The position numbers and the translations under genes were made by a program. From positions 72,390 through 136,389 of the forward strand of contig JACREU010000070.1 in assembly GCA_016212705.1 (NCBI GenBank): a DNA stretch of 64,000 nt, given 5' to 3'. How positions within the stretch are numbered: position 1 is the first letter of the stretch; each line of letters starts with the position of its first letter. The notes beneath the pieces are model-generated. The model had not been told where the DNA came from and did not search any database. It saw nothing but the letters and a program-made list of their open reading frames with translations. The DNA is from Deltaproteobacteria bacterium (GTDB lineage Bacteria > Desulfobacterota > GWC2-55-46). Positions 1 to 9,765 of this stretch are shown one piece after another.

Positions 1-28
1 GAGACGGCCTAAAACCACATTCTGAAAG

Positions 29-1051
29 GTGTCAAGTACGATGGTAAACGCGAAGATACTGGTAGTCGGTTGCGGCTCGATAGGCAGAAGGCACATAAAT
101 AACCTCAAGTCGCTCGGCATAACGAGGTTCGTCCTCTGCGACCCGAACGCGGAGATGCTCAGGAAGGCCTCGGCCGGAATAGAGGGCGCGGCGCTTGTTG
201 CGGACTTAAAGGCCGCCCTTAACGAGAGGCCGGACGCGGCGATCATCTGCACGCCGTCTTCCATGCACCTCGAAATGGCGAGAGAGCTTGTCTCAAGGGG
301 CGTACACTGCCTCATCGAGAAGCCCATCTCACACACGATAGACGGTTGCGAGGAGCTCGAGAGAATAGTCGAGGAAAAGGGCGTCGTCGCCATGATGGCG
401 ATGTGTTACAGGTTCCACCCGGCGTTCCAGCACATCAAGCGCCTGCTCGACGCCAACGCCATCGGCAGGGTATACCACGCCAACTACTACGGAGGGCATT
501 ATCTCCCGGACTGGCACCCGCTCTCCGACTACAGGAAGGAGTACGCGGCGAAAAAGTCGCTCGGCGGCGGGGTGGTGCTGACATCCATACACGGGCTCGA
601 CAATGTGCGCTGGCTCTTCGGCGAAGTAGTTCAAGCGCACGCGTTCGTGGACAAGGTGAGTTCACTCGAAATGGATGTCGAGGACCTCGCGCTCGGCGTC
701 TTCAGGATGGAAAACGGCTCTTACGTGAGCTGGCAGACGGACTTTCTCCAGAGGACTGGTCAGCACAGGCTCGTAATAGCCGGGGAGCTCGGCACCATAA
801 GGGCGAACATGTCCGATGGGGAGATCGAGATATTCCACGTGGATACTGGAAGATGGACATCCGAGAGGGTCCTCTTCGAGATAAACACCATGTACGTGAA
901 GGAGATGAAGGAGTTCCTCGAGTGCGTCCATAAGAAGACGAGGCCGCTCTTGAATATCTCTGAAGGCATAAAGACGCTCAGGCTCGCCGCAGGGCTCAAG
1001 GCATCAGGCGACAGGATGGCCCGTAAAGGGGAGCTATGCGCGACGGCGTGA
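29..1051 (+). CDS. Gfo/Idh/MocA family oxidoreductase (type found in nonulosonic acid clusters)
   Basis: GCGSIG Rossmann motif, LIEKP motif, YLPDWHP segment, GGVVL..IHGLD; start codon uncertain (GTG 29 or ATG 41). Confidence 0.85.
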   Translation: MSSTMVNAKILVVGCGSIGRRHINNLKSLGITRFVLCDPNAEMLRKASAGIEGAALVADLKAALNERPDAAIICTPSSMHLEMARELVSRGVHCLIEKPISHTIDGCEELERIVEEKGVVAMMAMCYRFHPAFQHIKRLLDANAIGRVYHANYYGGHYLPDWHPLSDYRKEYAAKKSLGGGVVLTSIHGLDNVRWLFGEVVQAHAFVDKVSSLEMDVEDLALGVFRMENGSYVSWQTDFLQRTGQHRLVIAGELGTIRANMSDGEIEIFHVDTGRWTSERVLFEINTMYVKEMKEFLECVHKKTRPLLNISEGIKTLRLAAGLKASGDRMARKGELCATA

Positions 1052-2040
1052 CCATCTGGACAGAGGGCGGGGCTTATATAGGCATGGGCCATCTGGTCAG
1101 GTGCATAAACGTCGCCTCCGCGCTCGACGCGCTCGGCGTCTCGGTCAGCTTTCTCGTAAACAGCGACAGGGCCGTTATTGAGAGGCTCGACGGCGCCGGG
1201 CTCACGCATAGCGCATGTCCGGCAGGCTGGGAGCGCACTGAGGGCATTGCGCACGGGATAGTGCTCATCGACACCAGAAAGGACGTCACAACGGTTATAT
1301 CAGCGCTCAAGCGTTCCGGAAAGAAGGTCGTTCTACTCGACAATACCGTATCGATTGGGGCTGACCTCGTGATAATCCCATCCGCGCTTTACAGGGAAAA
1401 GGCGGACAAAGTCAAGGGTGGAGGAGAATTCGTGATAGTGAACGAGAAGTTTCGCTCGCGCAGAGGCCCTGAGATAAGGCACGCGTTACCCTTGAAGGTG
1501 CTCGTCACAATGGGCGGCGCCGACCCGTTCAGGCTGACCGAGCTGGTATTGAAGTCGCTTAGCGACATGGAAGGGGTGGAGGTCACGACCGTCATCGGCC
1601 CGGCATTCAGCCCCGAGAGGGACCTTAAGGCCCTCGTCAAATGGCGTCCTGGTTTCAGGTTCGCTGAGGGTATAAGGGACCTGAGCCCGCTCATGGCCGC
1701 GTCCCACGTGGCGATTACCGCCGTAGGGACTACGATATACGAGCTCGCCTGCATGGGCGTGCCGTCTATCCTCATAGGCAACTACGAAAGCGACAAGGCC
1801 GACCTCAGGGGTTTCGAGCGGCTCGGGGCCTCAATAAGCCTCGGCCATTATAAGGACGCTACACCAGAGGCGATACAAAGTGCGGTTAAGAAGTTCCGGG
1901 ACGAGGCGTTCTGGAGGAAGGCGTCCGAAAGGGCGCTTAAGCTCGTCGACGGCAGGGGAGCCGAAAGGATAGCCTCTCTCATAGAGGGTTTCTGCAACGA
2001 AGGGCCGGCTACGAAAACGGAAGGCGTACAGCATGCATAA
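1036..2040 (+). CDS. pseG: PseG/SpsG-like nucleotide-sugar hydrolase, GT-B fold
   Basis: N-terminal IGMGHLVRC, VTMGGAD, GTTIYEL..GVP and VDGRGAERI motifs. Confidence 0.75.
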   Translation: MRDGVTIWTEGGAYIGMGHLVRCINVASALDALGVSVSFLVNSDRAVIERLDGAGLTHSACPAGWERTEGIAHGIVLIDTRKDVTTVISALKRSGKKVVLLDNTVSIGADLVIIPSALYREKADKVKGGGEFVIVNEKFRSRRGPEIRHALPLKVLVTMGGADPFRLTELVLKSLSDMEGVEVTTVIGPAFSPERDLKALVKWRPGFRFAEGIRDLSPLMAASHVAITAVGTTIYELACMGVPSILIGNYESDKADLRGFERLGASISLGHYKDATPEAIQSAVKKFRDEAFWRKASERALKLVDGRGAERIASLIEGFCNEGPATKTEGVQHA

Positions 2041-2932
2041 CGGCAGGCTCATAGACAAGGCCAACGGGTACGGGATAATCGAGTGCGAGACGTGCGGGTT
2101 CATCCACACCGACCCGATCCCATCGACAGAGGAGCTGGAGCGGGTCTACAGGGACGAATATTACAAAGAGGAAAAACCGCTCTACATAGAACGCACCATA
2201 GAGGACCTCCGGTGGTGGGAGACCGTCTACGACGACCGCTACGAATTCCTGGAAAATGAGCTCAAGGAGGGCAGGAGGTCCATACTCGACGTCGGCTCAG
2301 GCCCCGGATATTTTCTGAAGCGCGGAATGAAAAGGGGATGGAAGGTCCTTGGCATAGAGCCCTCAAGACAGGCCTCGGCTCACGCGAGGACGCTCGGCGT
2401 CGAGGTTGAGAACGCCTTTCTCGACGCCCGGCTCACCGCCTCCATCGGAAAACGCTTCGACGCCGTCCATCTGTCAGAGGTCCTGGAACACGTGCCGGAC
2501 CCGGCGGAGATATTAAAGCTCGCGCACACGCTGCTTGAAGACAACGGCATAGTATGCTGTGTCGCCCCCAACGACTTCAGCCCAGTGCAGAAGACCCTCT
2601 CCGAGAGGCTCAATTATTCGCACTACTGGCTCGCGCCTCCACACCACATAAATTATTTCAATCACGCGACACTCTCGGCGCTCCTCAAGAGGTGCGGGTT
2701 CTCTGTCATCGGCTCCACCTCGATGTTCCCGATGGATTTCTTCCTCCTCATGGGCGACAACTACGTGGGGAACGACGAGGTCGGCAGGGCCAGCCACTTA
2801 AGGAGAAAGCGGCTCGACATAATGTTGAACGAGCCGGAACTCAGGGAATTCAAAAAAGAGATGTACGGGATAATGGCCAAGCACGGAATCGGCCGTGAGG
2901 CCGTAATATTCGGCAAGAAGGAGAATAGATGA
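2033..2932 (+). CDS. Class I SAM-dependent methyltransferase
   Basis: ILDVGSGPG, GIEPS, EVLEHVPDP, HINYF motifs; N-terminal CxxCG. Confidence 0.85.
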   Translation: MHNGRLIDKANGYGIIECETCGFIHTDPIPSTEELERVYRDEYYKEEKPLYIERTIEDLRWWETVYDDRYEFLENELKEGRRSILDVGSGPGYFLKRGMKRGWKVLGIEPSRQASAHARTLGVEVENAFLDARLTASIGKRFDAVHLSEVLEHVPDPAEILKLAHTLLEDNGIVCCVAPNDFSPVQKTLSERLNYSHYWLAPPHHINYFNHATLSALLKRCGFSVIGSTSMFPMDFFLLMGDNYVGNDEVGRASHLRRKRLDIMLNEPELREFKKEMYGIMAKHGIGREAVIFGKKENR

Positions 2933-4194
2933 TGGCAGGAAAGACGCTCGTAATGCTCCCGGAATCCTACCCCGTAGCCAGACTCCTTTGCGAGTACGTC
3001 TTCAGTGAGGAGTCTTCGCGCCCCGACCTCCTGATACTCAGGAAGCAGAGGCCCGGCTTCGAGAGGATAATATCGGAGTTCGCCTTCGGGAAGGTACATG
3101 AGATAGACGAGGAGTACTACGGGAGGGTCACGAAGCCGGAGTCGGCGGGGTTTCTCCGCGAGATGATGAGGTCGCCGTATGACGTCGCCTTCTTTCCCTT
3201 CAACACGTTCAGGGCCAACGCCTTCCTCTTCGGGTCTTTGCTCGCTAAAGAGGTGCGGGCCGTGAATTCATCGCTCTATCATAGAAAGAAACTCCCGGTG
3301 GTGAGCTTCAGTCTCGGCGAGGAGAGGAGGCTACCCGCGAACACCCCCTGGGCCCCGATAATGGACGAGGTCCTCCGGACCAAGGACAGGATAGTAGATA
3401 TCCTCAAGGAGAAAGGCGACAGGTTCGAGGTCTCCGGCGAGAGGCCGACCTTCGGCATACTCCACGGCTTTGCGCACGATCTTGAGATTTTCTGCAAGTA
3501 CGCGCTTGGCGCGCTCTACGCTAAGGATAAGCGCGTGCTCGACATAGGCGGCGGGCTCGGCTTCGGGTCGTTCCTCCTGTCGCGCTTTGCGGACAAGGCA
3601 TTTTTCGTCGATAGGTCCAAAGACGCCGTTCGGTTCGTCGAGGAGATGTGGGTGGAGAGCGCCCCTAACATCGTCCCCATCTGCGGGGACGCCGACGCGA
3701 TCGATAACGGCAAGGGCTCGTTCGACTGCATATTCCTGATGGACGTCCTGGAGCACGTCCCGGACCCGCTCGGCCTTTTAAACAAGGCTCGGAGGCTCCT
3801 TAAAAATGACGGCACGCTGATCGTTACGACCCCGGAGGAGGACTACTACCCCTACAGCGTCTGCCCGCCGGAGCGCTGGAGCGATCCGGAGGAGAAGCTA
3901 ATAGACGAGGCCATATGGCCGTGGCACATACAGGCGCTGGGCGAGGAGAGGCTCCTGCCGCTCCTTAAGGCCGCGTCTTTCGAGGTGGCCGAGAAGAGTT
4001 ACACGACGTATCTCAAGGGCTACGAATTCAGCGGCGACCTGAAAGAGGCGAGGGCGCGCGGCGACGTGGATTCGGTCATAGGGTCTCTGAACGATCTTAC
4101 CAAATGGGACATCCGCGACTTCGGCCTAACGTACGAGCGCGACCCGTACTTCTCAGCCGCCTCCTACAATATCGTCGCAAGAAAGGCGGCCTGA
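2929..4194 (+). CDS. Two-domain protein: unknown N-terminal domain plus class I SAM methyltransferase
   Basis: VLDIGGGLGFG and DVLEHVPDP in the C-terminal half; ATGA overlap with the upstream gene. Confidence 0.75.
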   Translation: MMAGKTLVMLPESYPVARLLCEYVFSEESSRPDLLILRKQRPGFERIISEFAFGKVHEIDEEYYGRVTKPESAGFLREMMRSPYDVAFFPFNTFRANAFLFGSLLAKEVRAVNSSLYHRKKLPVVSFSLGEERRLPANTPWAPIMDEVLRTKDRIVDILKEKGDRFEVSGERPTFGILHGFAHDLEIFCKYALGALYAKDKRVLDIGGGLGFGSFLLSRFADKAFFVDRSKDAVRFVEEMWVESAPNIVPICGDADAIDNGKGSFDCIFLMDVLEHVPDPLGLLNKARRLLKNDGTLIVTTPEEDYYPYSVCPPERWSDPEEKLIDEAIWPWHIQALGEERLLPLLKAASFEVAEKSYTTYLKGYEFSGDLKEARARGDVDSVIGSLNDLTKWDIRDFGLTYERDPYFSAASYNIVARKAA

Positions 4195-4195
4195 G

Positions 4196-5290
4196 GTGAC
4201 AAGGACCAGGGCCGCGATACTGGAATCCAGGAACGCCCCTCTGAGCGTCCGGGAGGTCTCTCTATCGGAGCCAATGGAGAGGGAGGTCCTCGTGAAGATG
4301 GAGATGGCGGGTCTTTGCAGGAGCGACCTCAACGCGATAGTCGGCCACACACGCTACGACATGCCGCTTGTCCTCGGCCACGAGGGCGCGGGGACCGTCG
4401 TCCGCACAGGCAAGGGCGTCACGTCACTTAAAGAGGGCGACCGCGTCGTTTTGAGCTGGGCCGCCTTCTGCGGAGACTGCTTCTTCTGCAAAAAAGGGCT
4501 CAACCACCAGTGCCATACCGTCGCCTGGCCCCGCGGCAAGGGCCTCCTTCCGGACTGGACGACACGTTTCAGCGAAGGAGATAATCCCATATTCCACTTC
4601 AACGGGGTCTCGTCATTCAGCGAATACACGGTCGTCTACGAGACCGGGTGCGTGAAGGTCGATGACGGCATACCCTTCGAAGTGGCATCCGTCGTCGGCT
4701 GTTCGGTCGTGACAGGCATAGGGGCGGTATATAATACCGCGAATGTGGAGGAAGGCTCGACAACGCTCGTCGTAGGCGGAGGCAACGTAGGCATGTCCGT
4801 CATCCAGGCCCTTAAGATAAAGGGCGCCGCGCTGATCATAGCAGTCGACCCGAAGGCGGAGAAGCATACGGCGATAAAAGACGCGGGCGCGGATATCGTA
4901 CTCTCGGATATTTCAATTGATGAAATAAGGAAGGCGACCGGGGGCTTCGGCGTCGATTACGCCTTTGACGGGGCAGCGACGGAGGAGACGCTGAACGCCT
5001 CTTTGGCCGCTGTAAGGAGGGCAGGGACCGTCGTCATGGTCGGCTCCCCGCACCCGCTCGCGAAGTACTCGGTCCAGCCGATAGAGTTCCACCTTGAGAA
5101 GAAGATCATAGGCTCGCTCTACGGGTCTTCAAACCCGGTGCGCGACATACCGAGGCTACTTGAGTTCTACAGGCAGGGGAGGCTCAAACTCGACGGCTTT
5201 ACCGCTGGCAGTTACCGGCTTGAGGAAATAAACGCCGCCATAAAGGCGCTTGAGAACAACGGCGGCAAATATACCATCACATTCAATTAA
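4196..5290 (+). CDS. Zn-dependent alcohol dehydrogenase (MDR family)
   Basis: GLCRSD, GHEGAG, structural Zn CxxCxxCx7C, GGGNVG. Confidence 0.85.
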   Translation: MTRTRAAILESRNAPLSVREVSLSEPMEREVLVKMEMAGLCRSDLNAIVGHTRYDMPLVLGHEGAGTVVRTGKGVTSLKEGDRVVLSWAAFCGDCFFCKKGLNHQCHTVAWPRGKGLLPDWTTRFSEGDNPIFHFNGVSSFSEYTVVYETGCVKVDDGIPFEVASVVGCSVVTGIGAVYNTANVEEGSTTLVVGGGNVGMSVIQALKIKGAALIIAVDPKAEKHTAIKDAGADIVLSDISIDEIRKATGGFGVDYAFDGAATEETLNASLAAVRRAGTVVMVGSPHPLAKYSVQPIEFHLEKKIIGSLYGSSNPVRDIPRLLEFYRQGRLKLDGFTAGSYRLEEINAAIKALENNGGKYTITFN

Positions 5291-5305
5291 CCTAAGGAGG
5301 GTTTG

Positions 5306-5995
5306 ATGAACATCTTTCTGGACACCGCTAACATAGAGGAGATAAAAAAGGCTAAGAGGTGGGGGGTGCTGAAGGGGCTCACGACGAACCCATCGATTGT
5401 AGCGAGGGAAGGGAAGGACTTCGTCAAACTCGCCAAGGAGCTCTGCGATCTCGTTCACCCGTACCCTGTAAGCCTTGAGGTCGTCGACAGGACCGGCGAG
5501 GGGATGGCCGAGCAGGCCCGCACGATTTCCGAGCTCGGCAGGAACGTCGTCGTGAAGCTACCTGCGAACCCCGAAGGCCTCGCGGCCTTGAACCTCCTTA
5601 AGGGCGAGAACATAAAGACGAACCTGACGCTCGTATTCTCGACGTCCCAGGCGCTCCTCGCGATGAGCGCGGGTGCAACGTACGTAAGCCCATTTATCGG
5701 CAGGCTTGAGGACAGGGGCTACGAGGGTATAGGGCTTGTCCGCGACATCATGCACATACATAACGCCTATAAGTTCAAGACCGAGATCATAGCGGCGTCG
5801 ATACGCGACCCGCACCAGGTTATCGAGGCCGCGAAGACCGGCGCGCACATCATCACGATGCCGTTCGCTGTCCTTGAAAAGATGCTCCTTAACACCATGA
5901 CGGACACGGACCTCGAAAAATTCCTCTCCGACTGGGAAAAGGTCCCCGGCAGGGGAGAGGCCTTCTCAAGAAGGAGGGTCGAAAACGTTGGCTAA
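5306..5995 (+). CDS. tal: Transaldolase (short FSA/TalC-type family)
   Basis: FLDTAN, TTNPS, VVKLP Schiff-base Lys, YVSPFIGR, AASIR; AAGGAGG RBS. Confidence 0.85.
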   Translation: MNIFLDTANIEEIKKAKRWGVLKGLTTNPSIVAREGKDFVKLAKELCDLVHPYPVSLEVVDRTGEGMAEQARTISELGRNVVVKLPANPEGLAALNLLKGENIKTNLTLVFSTSQALLAMSAGATYVSPFIGRLEDRGYEGIGLVRDIMHIHNAYKFKTEIIAASIRDPHQVIEAAKTGAHIITMPFAVLEKMLLNTMTDTDLEKFLSDWEKVPGRGEAFSRRRVENVG

Positions 5996-7022
5996 CCGAT
6001 TCAAGGCGGCCTTGTTCAAAGGCCCCGGAGAGCTTGAGGTAAGGGAGGTGTCCGCGCCGGAGTTGAACCCCGGAGAGGTCCTCGTAAGGGTGCGCGCATG
6101 CGGCATCTGCGGGAGCGACTTGAACATCTTCAGGAGAGACCCGCCCATCCCGAAGTACTGGGGCGGGCACGAGATAAGCGGAGAGGTTGCGGCGATCGGG
6201 CCTGGCGTCGAGGGGCTGAACGCGGGAGAGCGCGTGAGTGTCGCGCCGCTTATCCCGTGCGGCAAATGCGAGTTATGCAGGGCAGGGCTTGAAAACATCT
6301 GCCCGGACTGCGTATTCATAAGCTTCAACGCGCGCGGCGGCTTTTCCGAGTTCGTCGTGGCGCCCCGGGAGAACATATACAGGCTACCCGATAAAATGGG
6401 TTTTGACGAGGCGGTCTTATTGGAGCCGCTCGCCGACGTCCTGCACTCTTTTAAGAGGGCAGGCGATATTGCCGGGAAAATGATAGTCGTAGTCGGTTGC
6501 GGCACCATAGGGCTTTTGACCGTCGTTGCGGCAAAGGCGCTCGGCGCGCAAAAAATAGTAGCCATCGGCAAGTACGGCCACCAGAGGAGGCTTGCGACCA
6601 TGCTCGGGGCAGACGCGGCCCTCGGTTCAACCGACGCCGGAATTGAGAGGCTTGTTATTGAGGCGCTCAAAGGCGCGAAGGCCGACCTTGTATTCGAGAC
6701 CGTCGGCGGCTACGAGAGCGAATCGATTGCGCAGTCTTTGAATATCCTCAGGCCAGGCGGTACGCTCATGCTCTCGGGCGTACACTACAAGACGCCAAAC
6801 ATGAACCTTAAGTTCCTGACCGAGAGGGAGATAGAGATAAAGGGGACGCAGAGGTACAGGAGGGAGGACTACGCCTCTGCCATAGACCTCTATGCGAAGG
6901 GCGCGATAAACGGTTCACTCCTCGTCACCCACAGGGTGAGCCTTGAAGAAATTATGAAAGGATATTCCATCGCGTTCGACAAGGACGCTAACAGCGCGGT
7001 AAAGGTGGTCGTATGCCCGTAA
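5988..7022 (+). CDS. Zn-dependent polyol/threonine-type dehydrogenase (MDR family)
   Basis: GICGSD, GHE, CGKCELC..C, EPLA, GCGTIG; TTG start. Confidence 0.85.
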   Translation: MANRFKAALFKGPGELEVREVSAPELNPGEVLVRVRACGICGSDLNIFRRDPPIPKYWGGHEISGEVAAIGPGVEGLNAGERVSVAPLIPCGKCELCRAGLENICPDCVFISFNARGGFSEFVVAPRENIYRLPDKMGFDEAVLLEPLADVLHSFKRAGDIAGKMIVVVGCGTIGLLTVVAAKALGAQKIVAIGKYGHQRRLATMLGADAALGSTDAGIERLVIEALKGAKADLVFETVGGYESESIAQSLNILRPGGTLMLSGVHYKTPNMNLKFLTEREIEIKGTQRYRREDYASAIDLYAKGAINGSLLVTHRVSLEEIMKGYSIAFDKDANSAVKVVVCP

Positions 7023-8242
7023 AAGGTAAGACGATTCTCATCATCTCAGGCGGCGTGGAGGCTGTCCCTATAATTGAGAGGGCAAAGGCCTTGGGGCTTA
7101 AGGTCGCGGTCTCGGACGGCAACCCGGACGCACCGGGCTTCAGGTTGGCTGACTTTAAGATCATCGCAAGCACGTATGACGAAAAGAAGACGGCGGAACT
7201 CGCTTTCGAGCTGAACGAGGCCGAGAGGATAGACGGCGTCATGGCCGCGGCGGCGGATGTGCCTTTGACGGTCGCCGCTGTCGCCGAAAGGTTAAAACTA
7301 CCCGGCATAAGCGTAAATTCGGCCAGGATAGTGGCGGATAAGCTCCTTATGAAGGAGACCTTTTCCGCCTCAGGGGTCCCGGTGCCGTGGTTCTCGCAGG
7401 TGAGGAGCGCGGTACACCTTGAAAAATTATTGTGGGAGAAAAAGACGCTTGTTATAAAGCCGGTGGACAGCAGAGGCGCAAGGGGTGTTGTCCGCCTCGT
7501 CGAGGGCGTCGACATCGCCTGGGCGTTTGACGAGGCTATGAAAAACTCGCCTTCCTGCAGAGTCATGGCCGAGGAGTGGGTGAACGGAAGGCAGATAAGC
7601 ACCGAATCCATTATAACACCCGATGGAGTAATAACCCCGGGGCTCTCCGACAGGAACTACGAACAGCTTGAGCGGTTCGCGCCTTTCGTAATAGAGGACG
7701 GCGGTGACCTCCCCGCGATTTTAACCGTGGATGAGAGGGCAGGGATAGACCGGATAATAGGAAAGGTCGCTCGCGCCATAGGCATGAAGAGCGGGACGAT
7801 AAAGGGCGATATAGTGATAGGGGAGTCCGGCCCCGTCGTCATAGAGGTCGCGGCGCGCTTAAGCGGCGGGTATTTTTGCAGTCACACGATACCGCTCTCA
7901 ACGGGCACGGACTTTGTCGGGGCCGCGATACTGCTGGCCCTTGGCGAGGAGATAGGGTTGAACGATTTCAGGCCGAAGGCCGCGAAGGCCGTCTGCCAGA
8001 GGTTCCTTTTTCCTGAGCCGGGAATAGTAAGAAAGGTATACGTCCCGGAGATGCAGGAGGAATCGCTTGCCATGCTCAAGGTCTATGTGAAGGTGGGCGA
8101 CGAGGTAAAGAGGATCACGAGCCACCCGTGCAGGGCGGGCATGGCGGTCACGACCGGAGATACGCGCGAAGGGGCGAGGGCCGCCATAAAGAGGGTCTTC
8201 GACAGGGTTACTGTCGTTGTAGAGCCCGGGATACCTGTTTGA
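7013..8242 (+). CDS. ATP-grasp domain protein (putative amide ligase)
   Basis: DKLLMK, VIKPVDSRGARG, EEWV, IEVAARLSGG motifs. Confidence 0.8.
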   Translation: MPVKGKTILIISGGVEAVPIIERAKALGLKVAVSDGNPDAPGFRLADFKIIASTYDEKKTAELAFELNEAERIDGVMAAAADVPLTVAAVAERLKLPGISVNSARIVADKLLMKETFSASGVPVPWFSQVRSAVHLEKLLWEKKTLVIKPVDSRGARGVVRLVEGVDIAWAFDEAMKNSPSCRVMAEEWVNGRQISTESIITPDGVITPGLSDRNYEQLERFAPFVIEDGGDLPAILTVDERAGIDRIIGKVARAIGMKSGTIKGDIVIGESGPVVIEVAARLSGGYFCSHTIPLSTGTDFVGAAILLALGEEIGLNDFRPKAAKAVCQRFLFPEPGIVRKVYVPEMQEESLAMLKVYVKVGDEVKRITSHPCRAGMAVTTGDTREGARAAIKRVFDRVTVVVEPGIPV

Positions 8243-8259
8243 ATGGAGAGGGGACCAAG

Positions 8260-9765
8260 ATGAAAAAGATACTTCTCGTCCAGCCTAACATGAGGGTCGC
8301 CACCTCCGGGCAAAGGATTGTTTATCCGCCGATCGGCATCATGTACCTCGCATCTGTCCTTGAGAAAAAAGGCTACGAGGTAGAGATACTCGACTGCCAG
8401 ACCGAGGGGTTGGATAAGGGCGCGGAGGTCATAGACGGATACGTGGAAGTCGGCATCCCAATTGACGAGATAGCCGGGAGGATAACGGCCTCAAGGCCGG
8501 ACCTCGTCGGCATTACCTGCAACTTTTCGGTCATGGTCCCGCACATGATGGAGGCGTCGCGGCTTGTTAAAAAGCTCTTTCCCTCAGTGCCGGTCGTCGC
8601 AGGGGGCAACCACCCGACGTCGCTTCCGGAAGAGGTGATGGGAGAGGGTTCAATCGACTACGTCATCATGGGCGAGGGCGAGGTCTCGTTCCCCATGCTG
8701 ATAGAGGCGATCGTGGAAGGCAAGGGCTTCGAGTCCGTCCCAGGCCTCGTCTGGAGGAGGGACGGGGCGATTATAAAAAACAAGATGGGCGCCTTAATAC
8801 ACGACCTCGACAGCCTTCCGTATCCGGCGTGGCACCTCTTCCCTTATGAGAAGTACAGCAGACACTACAAGCCCCGCGCAGTCACCTGGGGGGAGGCGCA
8901 GGCTATGCCTTCGGTCCTGACGACCCGGGGGTGCGCCGGAGGGTGCGTCTTCTGCTCGGTCCACAAGACCATGGGGAGCAAGTTCAGGGCGAGGAATCTC
9001 GACGACGTCTTCAAGGAGATACGCTTCCTTGTGGATACCTATAAGATAAAGAAGCTCATGATAATCGACGACAACTTCACGCACAACAAGAACCGGGCCA
9101 AGGAGTTCTGCGACGAGTTCAAGAAACAGGGGCTCGATATTGAATTGCACTTCATGGTGCTCGCGCTCTGGTGCATGGACGAGGAGTTGATCGACAAGCT
9201 CAAATCCATCGGGTGCGCCTCGATGGGCTTTGCTATCGAGTCAGGCGTGCAGGACATACTCACTAATGTCGTAAAGAAGCCCCTGAAGCTCGTCCGCGCG
9301 ATGGAACTCCTGAAATACGCGCGCTCTCAAGGCATACACCTTACAGGGACTTTTGTAATAGGTTTTCCGGGCGAGACGAAGTTGGACATAAGGAGGAGCC
9401 TGTACATGGCGAACTACTCGGGGCTTTTTGACAGCAGGGAGATATACATTGCCACACCGCTCCCCGGCTCCGCGCTCTTCGAGCAGTGCGTGCGGGAAGG
9501 GCTCCTCGCCGAAGGCTTTTCGTACTCGAAGGTCGAGGTAGTAAAGCCGAATATAAAGACAAAGGACTTTTCTCCGGACTTCATAACGACGATACTTGAG
9601 GCCGACAGGACGCACCACCTCATAAAGACCAATCCCAGGAGGACGCTGAGGCTCGTAAGGGACGTCTGGAGGAGGAGGCGCGAGCACTTCCTGCCCGTCT
9701 TATACGAGACCTCGAAGATGTTCGTCAAATACGACTTTCTGAGACTCAGGGAGGAGTACCCTTGA
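8260..9765 (+). CDS. Cobalamin-binding radical SAM protein
   Basis: N-terminal B12-binding-type domain (PPIGIMYLA, GGNHPT, GEGE) and RGCAGGCVFC CxxxCxxC motif; ATG 8260 preferred to the longer track start. Confidence 0.85.
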   Translation: MKKILLVQPNMRVATSGQRIVYPPIGIMYLASVLEKKGYEVEILDCQTEGLDKGAEVIDGYVEVGIPIDEIAGRITASRPDLVGITCNFSVMVPHMMEASRLVKKLFPSVPVVAGGNHPTSLPEEVMGEGSIDYVIMGEGEVSFPMLIEAIVEGKGFESVPGLVWRRDGAIIKNKMGALIHDLDSLPYPAWHLFPYEKYSRHYKPRAVTWGEAQAMPSVLTTRGCAGGCVFCSVHKTMGSKFRARNLDDVFKEIRFLVDTYKIKKLMIIDDNFTHNKNRAKEFCDEFKKQGLDIELHFMVLALWCMDEELIDKLKSIGCASMGFAIESGVQDILTNVVKKPLKLVRAMELLKYARSQGIHLTGTFVIGFPGETKLDIRRSLYMANYSGLFDSREIYIATPLPGSALFEQCVREGLLAEGFSYSKVEVVKPNIKTKDFSPDFITTILEADRTHHLIKTNPRRTLRLVRDVWRRRREHFLPVLYETSKMFVKYDFLRLREEYP

